IMG/VR virus record: IMGVR_UViG_3300035698_018653
Coordinates: 62,907-126,906 of that record
Source of the DNA: a virus
Length of the DNA: 64,000 nucleotides
Strand: one strand, 5' to 3'
Shown here: positions 11,398 to 20,856 of the stretch, piece after piece
How the letters are laid out: each line of letters begins with the position of its first letter
Numbering within the stretch: the first letter of the stretch is position 1
Made by a program: the position numbers and the translations under genes
The notes under the pieces: model-generated
What the model was told of the DNA's origin: nothing
Database searches by the model: none
Seen by the model: only the letters and a program-made list of their open reading frames with translations

Positions 11398-11417
11398 CAT
11401 CAAAACAATAATTATAT

Positions 11418-11428
11418 CGTATATTATA
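11418..11428 (+). promoter_or_regulatory. Promoter-like motif CGTATATTATA
   Basis: Directly after the terminator, 8 nt before ATG 11436 (possibly leaderless mRNA). Confidence 0.65.
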
Positions 11429-11872
11429 AGTAGAGATGAATAACTTTAAATATAAAACTTTAGAAATAAAATCTTTAATTAGAAAATATAATTCAAAGTT
11501 AAAAGAGTATCACGAAAAATACCCTTTAAAATTAAATGACACTACAGAAAGGATTCAAGAGAAAAAAGATGTAAGAGAAAATATTATAAAGGGGTTTCTA
11601 AAGGAGATAAAAGAACTTGGGGGATATCAAAGAGTTGTTACTGATTTAAAAATGAAGCACCCAAATACTTTAATTATAGATTATAATGAAAGCCAAAAAT
11701 GTTTTACTTACTTAAGAAGGTGCGATATTGTTTTTCCAAGGGGATCATTTACGCCAAGTAAAAGCTCTACTATAGAATTTTATAAGCACGGAGCCGATAA
11801 GATTAGAGATGAATATATATCAATAGAAAACAAATTAAACAAAATCAAAAATAAAATGCTGATAAGGAGTTA

Positions 11873-12454
11873 ATGATGAGAAATGTATTTGACCCTATTG
11901 ACAGATGTCAGTTAAGCGCAGAAGAGGTAAAGATAGTTGGAAATACACTCAAGAAATATACTTTAGAAAAATTAAATCTTATCTCTAGTAAACCAATGGT
12001 GACTAGAGAATTTCATCTTCAAGGTATATTTACTATTTGTATTATTCGATATAATATAGATATTTATGTTGGGGTATCCGTTTGGCATCCAAAGGAAGAT
12101 AAGTTTGATGCTCAAAGTGGTATGATGCGCAGCTTTATAAAAGCGGTTAAAATAATGATGGTTGAAAAACAACTATCAAAAAGATGTACGGCTATTCTTG
12201 ATGGAGGACAACAGTGCACTCACTCTATACCCTTAAAGGATATTAGAAATGATCCTGCGCTTGAAGGATATGATATTATAGATGAGTTATTTTGTAGATA
12301 TCATAGGGGCAGAAGGATGAGAAAGAAAAGGATTAAAAAAGTATATAAAAATATTTTAGATAAAAAGACCCTTAATAAAAAAATCGGTAAACTTAAAGAT
12401 ATAACTAATGAATTAAATAAAGTTTCTGCGCCCGTTTTATCAGATTCAAAATAA
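11873..12454 (+). CDS. Phage Gp49/66-like domain protein with C-terminal Cys/His motif
   Basis: VGVSVWHPKEDKFDAQSG...FIKA; CTA..C...FCRYH. Confidence 0.45.
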   Translation: MMRNVFDPIDRCQLSAEEVKIVGNTLKKYTLEKLNLISSKPMVTREFHLQGIFTICIIRYNIDIYVGVSVWHPKEDKFDAQSGMMRSFIKAVKIMMVEKQLSKRCTAILDGGQQCTHSIPLKDIRNDPALEGYDIIDELFCRYHRGRRMRKKRIKKVYKNILDKKTLNKKIGKLKDITNELNKVSAPVLSDSK

Positions 12455-12461
12455 GGCGCAC

Positions 12462-12531
12462 GGAGAGCGGGGTGTACTGTGTGAGTTGGTTCTCTAACTC
12501 CTTCCAACTGTGACAGATGGCCCCTCTCTCC
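12462..12531 (+). ncRNA. Candidate structured RNA hairpin with anti-RBS loop
   Basis: Nested stems GGAGAG/CTCTCC, GGGG/CCCC, CTGT/ACAG, AGTTGG/CCAACT; loop TTCTCTAACTCCTT. Confidence 0.6.
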
Positions 12532-12553
12532 TAAATTATAATTGGAGAATAAA

Positions 12554-12688
12554 ATGAATTGGACACCGGAATTAATTATTATATTGGTTGCTTGGGTTGC
12601 GTCAACTATAGTAGCAATATGGAGAAAAGATGCCGAGGTGTTGTGGCTTCCACTTATACTTACGGTATTGCTTTTTGTTTGTAAATAA
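12554..12688 (+). CDS. Unlisted 44-aa two-helix membrane protein
   Basis: GGAG RBS; MNWTPELIIILVAWVASTIVAIWRKDAEVLWLPLILTVLLFVCK. Confidence 0.65.
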   Translation: MNWTPELIIILVAWVASTIVAIWRKDAEVLWLPLILTVLLFVCK

Positions 12689-13014
12689 TGAAAATACCGT
12701 TTAAGAAATTAACGTTGTCCGACTATAGGCATTATGCTGCGAATCAAATGGAGATACCGGATTACAAGAATAGAAGACGGTATATATTTAAACATAGAAA
12801 GAAAAAGATAAGAAGCAGATATGCATTTCACTTTAGAGATAAAGATATAATAAGGATAGCTATATTTTTTCATGAAAAGAATAAAGACTTTTTTGAAAGG
12901 TATGGAATAATTTGTTACGATTTAAAATCATTCAAAAAACAATGGAGGTTTATTGGTATTGACAAAGAAATTTTAGAGGTTAAAAAGAGAAAGAAAAAAA
13001 CATTAATACTTTAA
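12688..13014 (+). CDS. Basic hypothetical protein ending KKKTLIL
   Basis: ORF track; TAATG coupling to the upstream gene. Confidence 0.65.
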   Translation: MKIPFKKLTLSDYRHYAANQMEIPDYKNRRRYIFKHRKKKIRSRYAFHFRDKDIIRIAIFFHEKNKDFFERYGIICYDLKSFKKQWRFIGIDKEILEVKKRKKKTLIL

Positions 13015-13025
13015 GGAGAAATAAA

Positions 13026-13289
13026 ATGAATACTGAATTTGAGTTTGAGTTTGGAGACAAAGTAAAACATATAGTTTTAGAATTTGAAGGTATTATTCGC
13101 GCAATGGATACTTGGTATACGGGGTGTAAAAGATGTGCTGTTCAGCGACCAATAAAAAAAGATGAAAGCGTACCTGATTTATATTGGGCCGAAGAGGTTG
13201 ATTTAAAGTTAATTAAAAAAAGTACAGACAAAATAGATGTTCCCAGAAGTGGTCCTCACGATAACGTTAAAAAACTTGGTGTAAAATAA
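13026..13289 (+). CDS. Small phage protein (possible SH3-like fold)
   Basis: FEFGDKVK..GII......TGC.R..VQ....W.EE..L...GP pattern. Confidence 0.5.
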   Translation: MNTEFEFEFGDKVKHIVLEFEGIIRAMDTWYTGCKRCAVQRPIKKDESVPDLYWAEEVDLKLIKKSTDKIDVPRSGPHDNVKKLGVK

Positions 13290-13993
13290 AATTTATATTT
13301 AATTTTAAGGAGAAATAAAATGGCAAAGAAAAAGAAAATTATTGAAGAAGAAGTAGAATCAAAGGAAGAGAAAAAGAAAGAGCCTATTCAGTATTGGATT
13401 CAGAATTTCTTTGTTGAGAACCCCAACCAAGGCGGCAAGAAAAAAGTATTGTCGATTAGAACTTTTGCGCCGATTATTATTGATAGCGAAACTAATACCA
13501 ATACAACTTTCAAAAAGAGAGTTGAAACCGTTATGGGTCTTAATGAGAACAATGAGCAAATAACAGAACCGAAACTGGAAGTTCTTAATGCAGCTGAAAA
13601 TGAAATCAATCTTGATAAGATGATTGTAAATACTATTTTGAAAAAGGTACGCTGATATGATCCCGACCAAAATAAACGATATAGAAATCTTAAATGAACA
13701 AGAGCGTGATGAGTTAAGGGAAGATCTAAAGAACCAAGACCTTGAATTTATAAAAGAGGGGGATTCAATACACGTTCTAATAGCCTCCCTTGATCCGGTT
13801 AAGGATATACTAGTAATTGATGAGAACGAAGCTCAGAACAGGTATATGCAGTATTGTGATAGTAAGAAAAACGAATGTGGTGACTTCTTTATATCCGTTA
13901 TATTATATCACGAATCAATCAAGATATTAAACAACGAACTAGGGTACAGTTTTAACGAAGATAAAAGGATATTCTTAAGGGGGTAAATAAAGC

Positions 13994-15709
13994 TTGGCCA
14001 GAAGTAACCAAGACAAAAGGTTGCTTCAGGAATATGACGATGACATAAGTGTTTTTTTGAAAAGAAGTCTTGTTAAAGGATTTGAAGACATTCCTGATCT
14101 CTCCTCCAGTATCTGGAAGGAGAAGCCTGTAAGTATAGAAGTCTTTTGCAGAGACTTTATAGGTGAAGAACTATATCCTTTGCAGCTTGAGGATGCAGAA
14201 AAATGCTATGGTAAGAATCCATTGGTGTGGGATGAAACATATGATTGGTTAATACTATTTATCGGTAAGGGTGGCGGTAAGGATAGAACTGTTGCCAAGC
14301 TCTTTGCTTACGGAGCCTATAAGATTGCTTGTTTAAAAAATCCTCATAAGTTCTTTGAGGGGATCGGCGCTGGCTCAATGATAGACTTTATTAATTTGAG
14401 CTTTAACGCACAGCAAGCAACTGATGTATTCTTTACAGAACTTAAGACTATTATTAAGATGGTTAAGAATCCACGAACCAAAAAGAATTGGTTTGAGGAA
14501 AGGGGTGCAGATCTTCGAGAGCATGAGGATATGCAAAAGAATAAAATTGTTCTTTTAAAAGGAGTGAGATGTCATTCGCTTAATAGTGAACATTATTCTG
14601 CTGAAGGATATAATGTTTTTATGGGTGTCGTTGATGAGAAAGGAGCTTTTAAAGCAGGGCAGGGAATAAAGGCTACAGATACATTAATGAATTGTATGAA
14701 AAGTAGGTTTCCAAAATGTGGAAAAGTAATTGATATTAGCAAGATGTATCACCATAATGATGATATGGATATAGCGTATAAAGAAACCAAGGGAATGGAC
14801 AACGTTTATCGAATAAGGAGAAAGAGCTGGGAGTATAATTTAAAAATTAAAAAAGAAAATTTTGCAATGCAGTATTCAAGAAATAAGTATAAAGCAATGC
14901 AAGATTTTGAATGCGAAGGTGGCGCACTTGGTGGCGATGCAGTATCAGACAAACTCTCTATAGACGAATGTTTTAATAATGAAAATTGGAACAAGAATCC
15001 GGTTAAAGGTAATCTTTCTTTTACCAGAAATCTGTTTCAACTTAGATTTCATGATTGGTTTAAGGATGACGGAAAAAAACATACACTTCATATAGATTTA
15101 GCAAAAGGCAAGGAGAGCGGATGTGATGCCGGAATAGCAATGGGGCATTCAGAGTGGATGTTTCCGAAGTATACCAGAAAGAAAAACGATATACTAACTG
15201 AGGAAGAACTTAAATCTTTTGAGAAGCAACAAAAGATGGGTGTGGTAATAGACTTCTATATTCAATTGAGAGGCCCAGACAAGGGTGAGATTAGGATATC
15301 AGACGTAAGGAGGTTTGTAGTTGAGATACTGAAAAAAAGATTTGGATTTAACATTGTACTTGTGACCTATGATGGGTATGCTTCCGCAGAAAGTATTCAG
15401 GAATTTCCCAGAGAGGGAATACGTTCTGAGAAACGAAGCGTGGAAGATAATGATAGTCAGGAAACGCTGATCACCGATTTTATGGGAGAGCGTAGATTTA
15501 AGACTTATAGGAATGATGTCTGGCATCGTGAAGCACGAAGCCTTATAAGGGAAGTGGACACTGGAAGGATTAATCATCCTGAGCTTGATTATGAGAGGAG
15601 CATAGCAGAAAATAAAAATGCTGGCTCCGATGACGTTTGGAAAGCAACAGTTGGTGTAACCATGAACTGCATGGAGAAATTGAGACTTGGCGGCGGTATA
15701 GTCTTTTAA
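13994..15709 (+). CDS. terL: Terminase large subunit
   Basis: Walker A GKGGGKD, Walker B VVDE, nuclease-domain HIDLA, YDG and SDD; upstream of portal. Confidence 0.9.
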   Translation: MARSNQDKRLLQEYDDDISVFLKRSLVKGFEDIPDLSSSIWKEKPVSIEVFCRDFIGEELYPLQLEDAEKCYGKNPLVWDETYDWLILFIGKGGGKDRTVAKLFAYGAYKIACLKNPHKFFEGIGAGSMIDFINLSFNAQQATDVFFTELKTIIKMVKNPRTKKNWFEERGADLREHEDMQKNKIVLLKGVRCHSLNSEHYSAEGYNVFMGVVDEKGAFKAGQGIKATDTLMNCMKSRFPKCGKVIDISKMYHHNDDMDIAYKETKGMDNVYRIRRKSWEYNLKIKKENFAMQYSRNKYKAMQDFECEGGALGGDAVSDKLSIDECFNNENWNKNPVKGNLSFTRNLFQLRFHDWFKDDGKKHTLHIDLAKGKESGCDAGIAMGHSEWMFPKYTRKKNDILTEEELKSFEKQQKMGVVIDFYIQLRGPDKGEIRISDVRRFVVEILKKRFGFNIVLVTYDGYASAESIQEFPREGIRSEKRSVEDNDSQETLITDFMGERRFKTYRNDVWHREARSLIREVDTGRINHPELDYERSIAENKNAGSDDVWKATVGVTMNCMEKLRLGGGIVF

Positions 15710-15995
15710 CTTGATTTTGAACGAGGAGAAATTATGATGGAAGAAAGAAAGTCGAATAAGCCTGGGACAATGTGTCCTCACAGAAAGTCCTATAAGTTTT
15801 TGGGTAAAACTGGTGAAAAAGATGCTAGTGGAAAAGCTACGTTTGGTGATTTATCTCTCCAGAAGTGGCAGAATATTTCCATAGTTGTTGAGAGATTCAA
15901 TGATTGTTTAGGTAAGAAATGTGAAGGATGGAGCAAAGAATATAATTGTTGCGTTATTGATAAAGTACAAGTAGAAAAAAAGAAGGGGAAATAAT

Positions 15996-16232
15996 ATGTC
16001 GTCAATAAATGATTCTATGAAGTTTTATACAGAAGGAAATCAGGGTGTACCGGTTAAAAATAGTAAGATTAAAGTAATAAATCATTATGGCAAATCTGTT
16101 TCTGGTCTCTGTGTTGCTCATGATCTTCATGTGCTTAAGCTTATGGGTGACGATGGCGAACCTATGATTATTCCGTATACAGGAGTATTTTGTATTAAAC
16201 CCTTTAGTGAAAAAAAGAAAAAAGGTAAGTGA
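15996..16232 (+). CDS. Sm/Hfq-fold small protein
   Basis: SIND..., G-x4-G-x5-D-xxV-xxL spacing as in Hfq Sm1, Sm2-like strand ending in P; YKH not conserved. Confidence 0.5.
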   Translation: MSSINDSMKFYTEGNQGVPVKNSKIKVINHYGKSVSGLCVAHDLHVLKLMGDDGEPMIIPYTGVFCIKPFSEKKKKGK

Positions 16233-16762
16233 TGGCTAAAAAAGAAACCCTCGATGATGACGACAGCTTCCTGGATGATGAGGAATCTGGCGACAAAATA
16301 GACGCTGAAGAAATCGAGGAGTCAACAGAAGAGACTGCCCCTAAAAATAAAGGGGTGGTCTCTAGGGGAAGGAAAGGCGTCCAGATTGATAATTCAGGAT
16401 ATTTATTTATAAGAAAAGAACAGGAAGTAAAGAAAGAGGAAAAAAGAAAAAAGGATAAAGAACGCAGAGAGAAAAAGAGGCTGGAGAAGACAAAGAAAAA
16501 GAATGAAAGCAAGATAAAAAGCCTCAGGCGTACGGAGAGGACCAAAACTTTTTTAGTCTCTATTTTCAGTTATCCCTTTAATATACTGTTTAATTTTATT
16601 AAGTTATTTACTAAAGTAAAAGATACTTTACAGTTTTTAGGATTAATTATTGTATGTATTTTAATTTATCGTCTAATAATGAATCCAGAGTTGTATCAGA
16701 CTGTCTGGTCTGGAGTAGCTTTAGTTTTTATTGTTTTCCTGGCAGCTCACTTTGATAAATAG
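16229..16762 (+). CDS. Membrane protein with acidic then basic N-terminus and C-terminal hydrophobic helices
   Basis: LGLIIVCILIY and VWSGVALVFIVFLAA segments; immediately upstream of portal. Confidence 0.6.
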   Translation: MMAKKETLDDDDSFLDDEESGDKIDAEEIEESTEETAPKNKGVVSRGRKGVQIDNSGYLFIRKEQEVKKEEKRKKDKERREKKRLEKTKKKNESKIKSLRRTERTKTFLVSIFSYPFNILFNFIKLFTKVKDTLQFLGLIIVCILIYRLIMNPELYQTVWSGVALVFIVFLAAHFDK

Positions 16763-16790
16763 GTTAACAGATTAACGGGGTATAAATATT

Positions 16791-18239
16791 ATGGCTTGGA
16801 GCTTTGAGAAACAAAGATCACCTGGAAGTACTATAACAACCGGTGGTAGAACTGGCGAAATTGATAATGAAAATGAAATAACGGGAACACTGATTAAGAA
16901 ACTTACATTCCAGGAAATGAATGCAATGTATCATGCAAATGTATGGGTACGTGCAATTATTGATAGGGAAGTAACGAGGGTTGTTGATATCCAGCCAAAA
17001 GTCAAGCCCCTTATATCGAAAGGAAAAAAGGAAGCTTCCAAGAAACAGATGAATCGTGTTGAAAAAATAGAGCGTCTGTTTCAAAAACCAAATAGAGAGA
17101 ATGAAACATTTGATAATCTGCGTAGAAAGATGACAGCCGATAATTTAAAGTATGACGCAGGGGCTATTGAATTAGTAAAAGATAAAGCTCCAAATGATTC
17201 TAATGGTCATGACGTTGTTGAAATGTATTCACTTCCAGGAGATCAGATTAGACACAATATAGATAAGCACGGATACAGGGATCTTAAAAGAGCATATTAT
17301 CAACAGAATAACGAAGGAAAGAAAATTGCTTTTTTCGATATTGGAGAAGTACTTTATTTTATGCTTCATCCTCAATCTAATTCATACTACGGACTTTCAA
17401 ATCTTGAAAGCTTAAATCAGACGGTAACTGCAGAGCTTTATTCTTCAAAGTATAATCTCGATTTCTTTGCCAATAATGCACGGCCAGACATAGCTCTTAT
17501 GTTTGAGGACTTAGGCTTTGGTGCGGTAGAAGCGATAGAGCGTGCAAAGAAATATTGGAATCAGGAGCTACAGGGTAAACCTCATAAACCACTTATTCTT
17601 GGTACCGATGAAGGGAAAGTAAAGATAGCAACATTTAAAGTGCCGAATCGTGATATGGAATTTCAGGCGTATAGTGAATGGTTGCTTATGAAAATTATGG
17701 CAATGTTTGGTATGCAGCCTTTCGTACTTGGAATTATTCTCAATACAACCGGCAAGCTGAATTCGGAAATGCAGACAGAACAGTTTAAGATTGATGCCAT
17801 TAAACCTCAGCTAAGAGAATTTAGTAATCATTTTAATATGGAAGTAATTTGGAATGATAGAGGATTTAATTATGTTGATCCTGATTCTGTTTTTATTGAT
17901 TGGACTTTCGACGTAAGGGATCAGGATAAAGTTGCTAAAGTAAATCAGACAAATCTTGAAAGCGGTATTGTAACGATTAACGAAGTAAGACGTGCCGCCG
18001 GAGAAGAGCCAGTGCCCTGGGGTGATATTCCTTATCTTAAGAGCGGTGTTCAGCCCTTTGGCGGTCTTTTAAATTCTCCTGGCGCTAACGTACCTCCTGG
18101 AGTAACCGTGCCTACGGGGCTTGAAGGAGAGCTTGATGGAGCCAAAAAGACATACGTTTATAAAGCGTTAAGAGAAGCCAGAAAGAATCTCTCAAAGTTC
18201 TACATCGATATGACGAAAAACTTAAACAAAGCATCATGA
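16791..18239 (+). CDS. Portal protein (HK97-like)
   Basis: YYGLSNLE, FFANNARP, DMEF, GIVTINEVR...EPVPWGD motifs. Confidence 0.92.
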   Translation: MAWSFEKQRSPGSTITTGGRTGEIDNENEITGTLIKKLTFQEMNAMYHANVWVRAIIDREVTRVVDIQPKVKPLISKGKKEASKKQMNRVEKIERLFQKPNRENETFDNLRRKMTADNLKYDAGAIELVKDKAPNDSNGHDVVEMYSLPGDQIRHNIDKHGYRDLKRAYYQQNNEGKKIAFFDIGEVLYFMLHPQSNSYYGLSNLESLNQTVTAELYSSKYNLDFFANNARPDIALMFEDLGFGAVEAIERAKKYWNQELQGKPHKPLILGTDEGKVKIATFKVPNRDMEFQAYSEWLLMKIMAMFGMQPFVLGIILNTTGKLNSEMQTEQFKIDAIKPQLREFSNHFNMEVIWNDRGFNYVDPDSVFIDWTFDVRDQDKVAKVNQTNLESGIVTINEVRRAAGEEPVPWGDIPYLKSGVQPFGGLLNSPGANVPPGVTVPTGLEGELDGAKKTYVYKALREARKNLSKFYIDMTKNLNKAS

Positions 18240-18447
18240 TAATAGTTAATGAGAGTTTTTTTAAAGTGTGTAACGAAGACGTTGTTATTAGTTGTGCAAA
18301 AATAGTTAACAATACATATGACGTTTGGTTGGAAAATCATTTGGTTAGAGAGTTTAGATTTAAAAGATATGTTCGTGTACTCGATACCTTATCGAGTTGC
18401 CTAAATAAAGCCGGACCAATTATTTGCCATAACTAAAGGGATAGAAT

Positions 18448-20742
18448 GTGGCTCAAAGACGACAATTTAAATCGATTGAACGCCAGCTTCTTACAAATGA
18501 AGTATTGCTGGAGAAAGATACATTTCAATTTCTACAGCGCTCTGAAAAATCTGTTTTAAAAAAGTTCGACAAACTTTTTACTCCCTCCTATTTAAATACA
18601 CTCCGTAGTAAAACAAAAAGCACAAAAAAAAGTATTGTTGACAGAATAGATGTTTCTGAAATTCATTGCGCTTCTGTAATATATTCTTTTAGTATTCCCC
18701 ATATAGCCAAAGAGTTTTTAAAGGCAGAAGATAAACTTTCTGTAATTGCCTCTATAGATACAGATTTGTTTAGAGAAGATCTGGATAAAGCTTTTATTGA
18801 TAATTATAATCTTGGTGGAACAGAGGTATATAAAGAATTTGATATTGGTTTTAATTTTAATCTTGTAGATAAAGATGCCATTGCTTTTGGTGAAGCATAT
18901 AATCTTCAAATTTCTAATCAAATAGGAGATCAATTAAGTGGACAGATAAAGGAAAGTGTACTTGAAGGCGTTAAAGAAGGTGAAGGAATACCAAAGATAA
19001 GAAGAAGAATACAAGAGTCATATAATAAAGGGCTTCAAGTAAAAGTTCCCGCTACCGAAATTCCAGCTAAGTTAGATGCTAATGGAAAAGTAATTAGAGC
19101 TGGTTTTACCAGAAGCGCATATACTTTTGATATTCCCCCAAGTATGTATGCCTCTATGATAGCAAGAAGTGAAACATCACGCTGGTATAATGAAGGAAGA
19201 ATTATTGCGTACGAACAAAGCGGAGTAGTTAAGGGTGTTGAATTAGCTACTGCCGGGGATGATCGCGTTTGTGAAGATTGTTCAGAGTATGAAGGGCAAA
19301 GATATTCTTTAGAAGAATCGAGGGGAATAATTCCATTACACGCACTATGTTTTATTGATGGGCAAGCAAAAGTTGAAACTCTTAATGGTAAAAAGAAAAT
19401 AATGGATATAAAGGTTGGAGATAAAGTGCTCACTCATAAAGGGAGATATAAAAAGGTATTAAGAGTTTATAATCAATATCAATTAGGTAAAGATGACCCT
19501 TATGTTAAAATACATTATAATTTTAGTAATTGGAAAGAGAGTAGAAAAAAACCTATATCTGTAACCGAAGAGCACCCATTTTTAGTTTTGAGAAACGGCA
19601 AGAAACAGTGGGTTCATGCTGGATGTTTAAAAGAGACAGATGAGGTAACTATGCTTGCTAAAAAGTGTAGGGGCTGCGATAAATTAATTCCAGAGATTGC
19701 CAGAAATGAATATTGTACACAATCTTGTGGGAGTAATAAAACAACTAAGGAACAATATAAAGACCCTAATCAAAGGATTTTGAGAAGAGAAAATGCAAAG
19801 AGGCAAATGAAAAGAGAAGATAGAAAGAATAATTGGAGTAAAGAAAAGAAAGCGGCAGGAACAGCTGCGGCAAGAAAGGTTGTTGAGGGGAAATACGCAA
19901 GAGGTGAGATGTGGTGTCAAAACGAGGGGAGATATTTTTTAGGCGAGTATATGAAAAATGAATGGAAAAATAATAAAGAGTATCGAGAGAAAATGATGGA
20001 TTACCTAAAGAATAGAAATCCATCATATACAAAAGAGAGTAGGAAAAAACATAGTAAGTTTATGAAAGAATACTATAAAAAGTATCCAGAAAAACACCCC
20101 AACAGAAGTTTTTATAAAAATAAATTAAACAAGTTAGAGAAGAAATTTTATGACGCATTAGTTGACAGAGGGTATTTCTGGGCAGAGCATAACTATGGAG
20201 TTCTTAATTGTCATATTGATTTTGCCTTACCTGATTTAAAAATAGGAATTGAATGTGACGGAAGGTATTGGCATCAGGATAAAAATGGAAAACTAAAGAA
20301 GATCGATATTGATAGGCAGAAAAAAATAGAAAAAGAAGGTTGGACAATTTTAAGGTTTTGGGATGACGAGATAAACGAAGACGTTTCAAAGTGTATAGAT
20401 AAAGTTGAAAGGTTGGCTACAAATCATTCTAATGAATATAAATTTATTAATTGTAAAATAACAAAGATAGAATACCTTAAGATTAAAAAAACAAAAAAAA
20501 TATATAACTTAGAAGTTGAAGATGACAATAGCTATATTATAAACGGTATGGTTGTTCATAATTGCAGATGCACTTGGCTTCCAATATTGATTGGCGAGAC
20601 AAATCCAAGAACATTTAGGGGTAATAAATTGACAATGCCAAGCAGGGTAAGAACCAAAGCGCAAAAGAATATTAACGATGCAGTTAAGAAAGCAACCACA
20701 AAAGTTGAAACAAAAACCAAAAAATCCCGCCCGGTTTTATAG
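18448..20742 (+). CDS. Head morphogenesis protein (MuF/SPP1 gp7 family) containing an intein
   Basis: MIARSET, DDRVCEDC and PLH..CRC motifs, the last split by an intein. Confidence 0.88.
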   Translation: MAQRRQFKSIERQLLTNEVLLEKDTFQFLQRSEKSVLKKFDKLFTPSYLNTLRSKTKSTKKSIVDRIDVSEIHCASVIYSFSIPHIAKEFLKAEDKLSVIASIDTDLFREDLDKAFIDNYNLGGTEVYKEFDIGFNFNLVDKDAIAFGEAYNLQISNQIGDQLSGQIKESVLEGVKEGEGIPKIRRRIQESYNKGLQVKVPATEIPAKLDANGKVIRAGFTRSAYTFDIPPSMYASMIARSETSRWYNEGRIIAYEQSGVVKGVELATAGDDRVCEDCSEYEGQRYSLEESRGIIPLHALCFIDGQAKVETLNGKKKIMDIKVGDKVLTHKGRYKKVLRVYNQYQLGKDDPYVKIHYNFSNWKESRKKPISVTEEHPFLVLRNGKKQWVHAGCLKETDEVTMLAKKCRGCDKLIPEIARNEYCTQSCGSNKTTKEQYKDPNQRILRRENAKRQMKREDRKNNWSKEKKAAGTAAARKVVEGKYARGEMWCQNEGRYFLGEYMKNEWKNNKEYREKMMDYLKNRNPSYTKESRKKHSKFMKEYYKKYPEKHPNRSFYKNKLNKLEKKFYDALVDRGYFWAEHNYGVLNCHIDFALPDLKIGIECDGRYWHQDKNGKLKKIDIDRQKKIEKEGWTILRFWDDEINEDVSKCIDKVERLATNHSNEYKFINCKITKIEYLKIKKTKKIYNLEVEDDNSYIINGMVVHNCRCTWLPILIGETNPRTFRGNKLTMPSRVRTKAQKNINDAVKKATTKVETKTKKSRPVL
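19348..20562 (+). mobile_element. Intein (405 aa) with DUF559/Vsr-like endonuclease
   Basis: Starts CFIDG...DIKVGDKVLTH; block B VTEEHPF; ends YNLEVEDDNSYIINGMVVHN before extein Cys; internal IDFA...IECDGRYWH...GWTILRFW. Confidence 0.9.
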
Positions 20743-20856
20743 TATTCCCAGTTAGAGTTTCAAAACTTCTTTAGTCTCTATGATATCATTTTTATTTAAA
20801 ATCAGTGTGTCTATTACTATATTTATCATCGTACTTAAAACAAGGATAAATAAAAA

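Noticed and set aside
13320-13986. Small terminase subunit among ORFs before terL
   Set aside because: No recognisable HTH or TerS motif; cannot be assigned by eye
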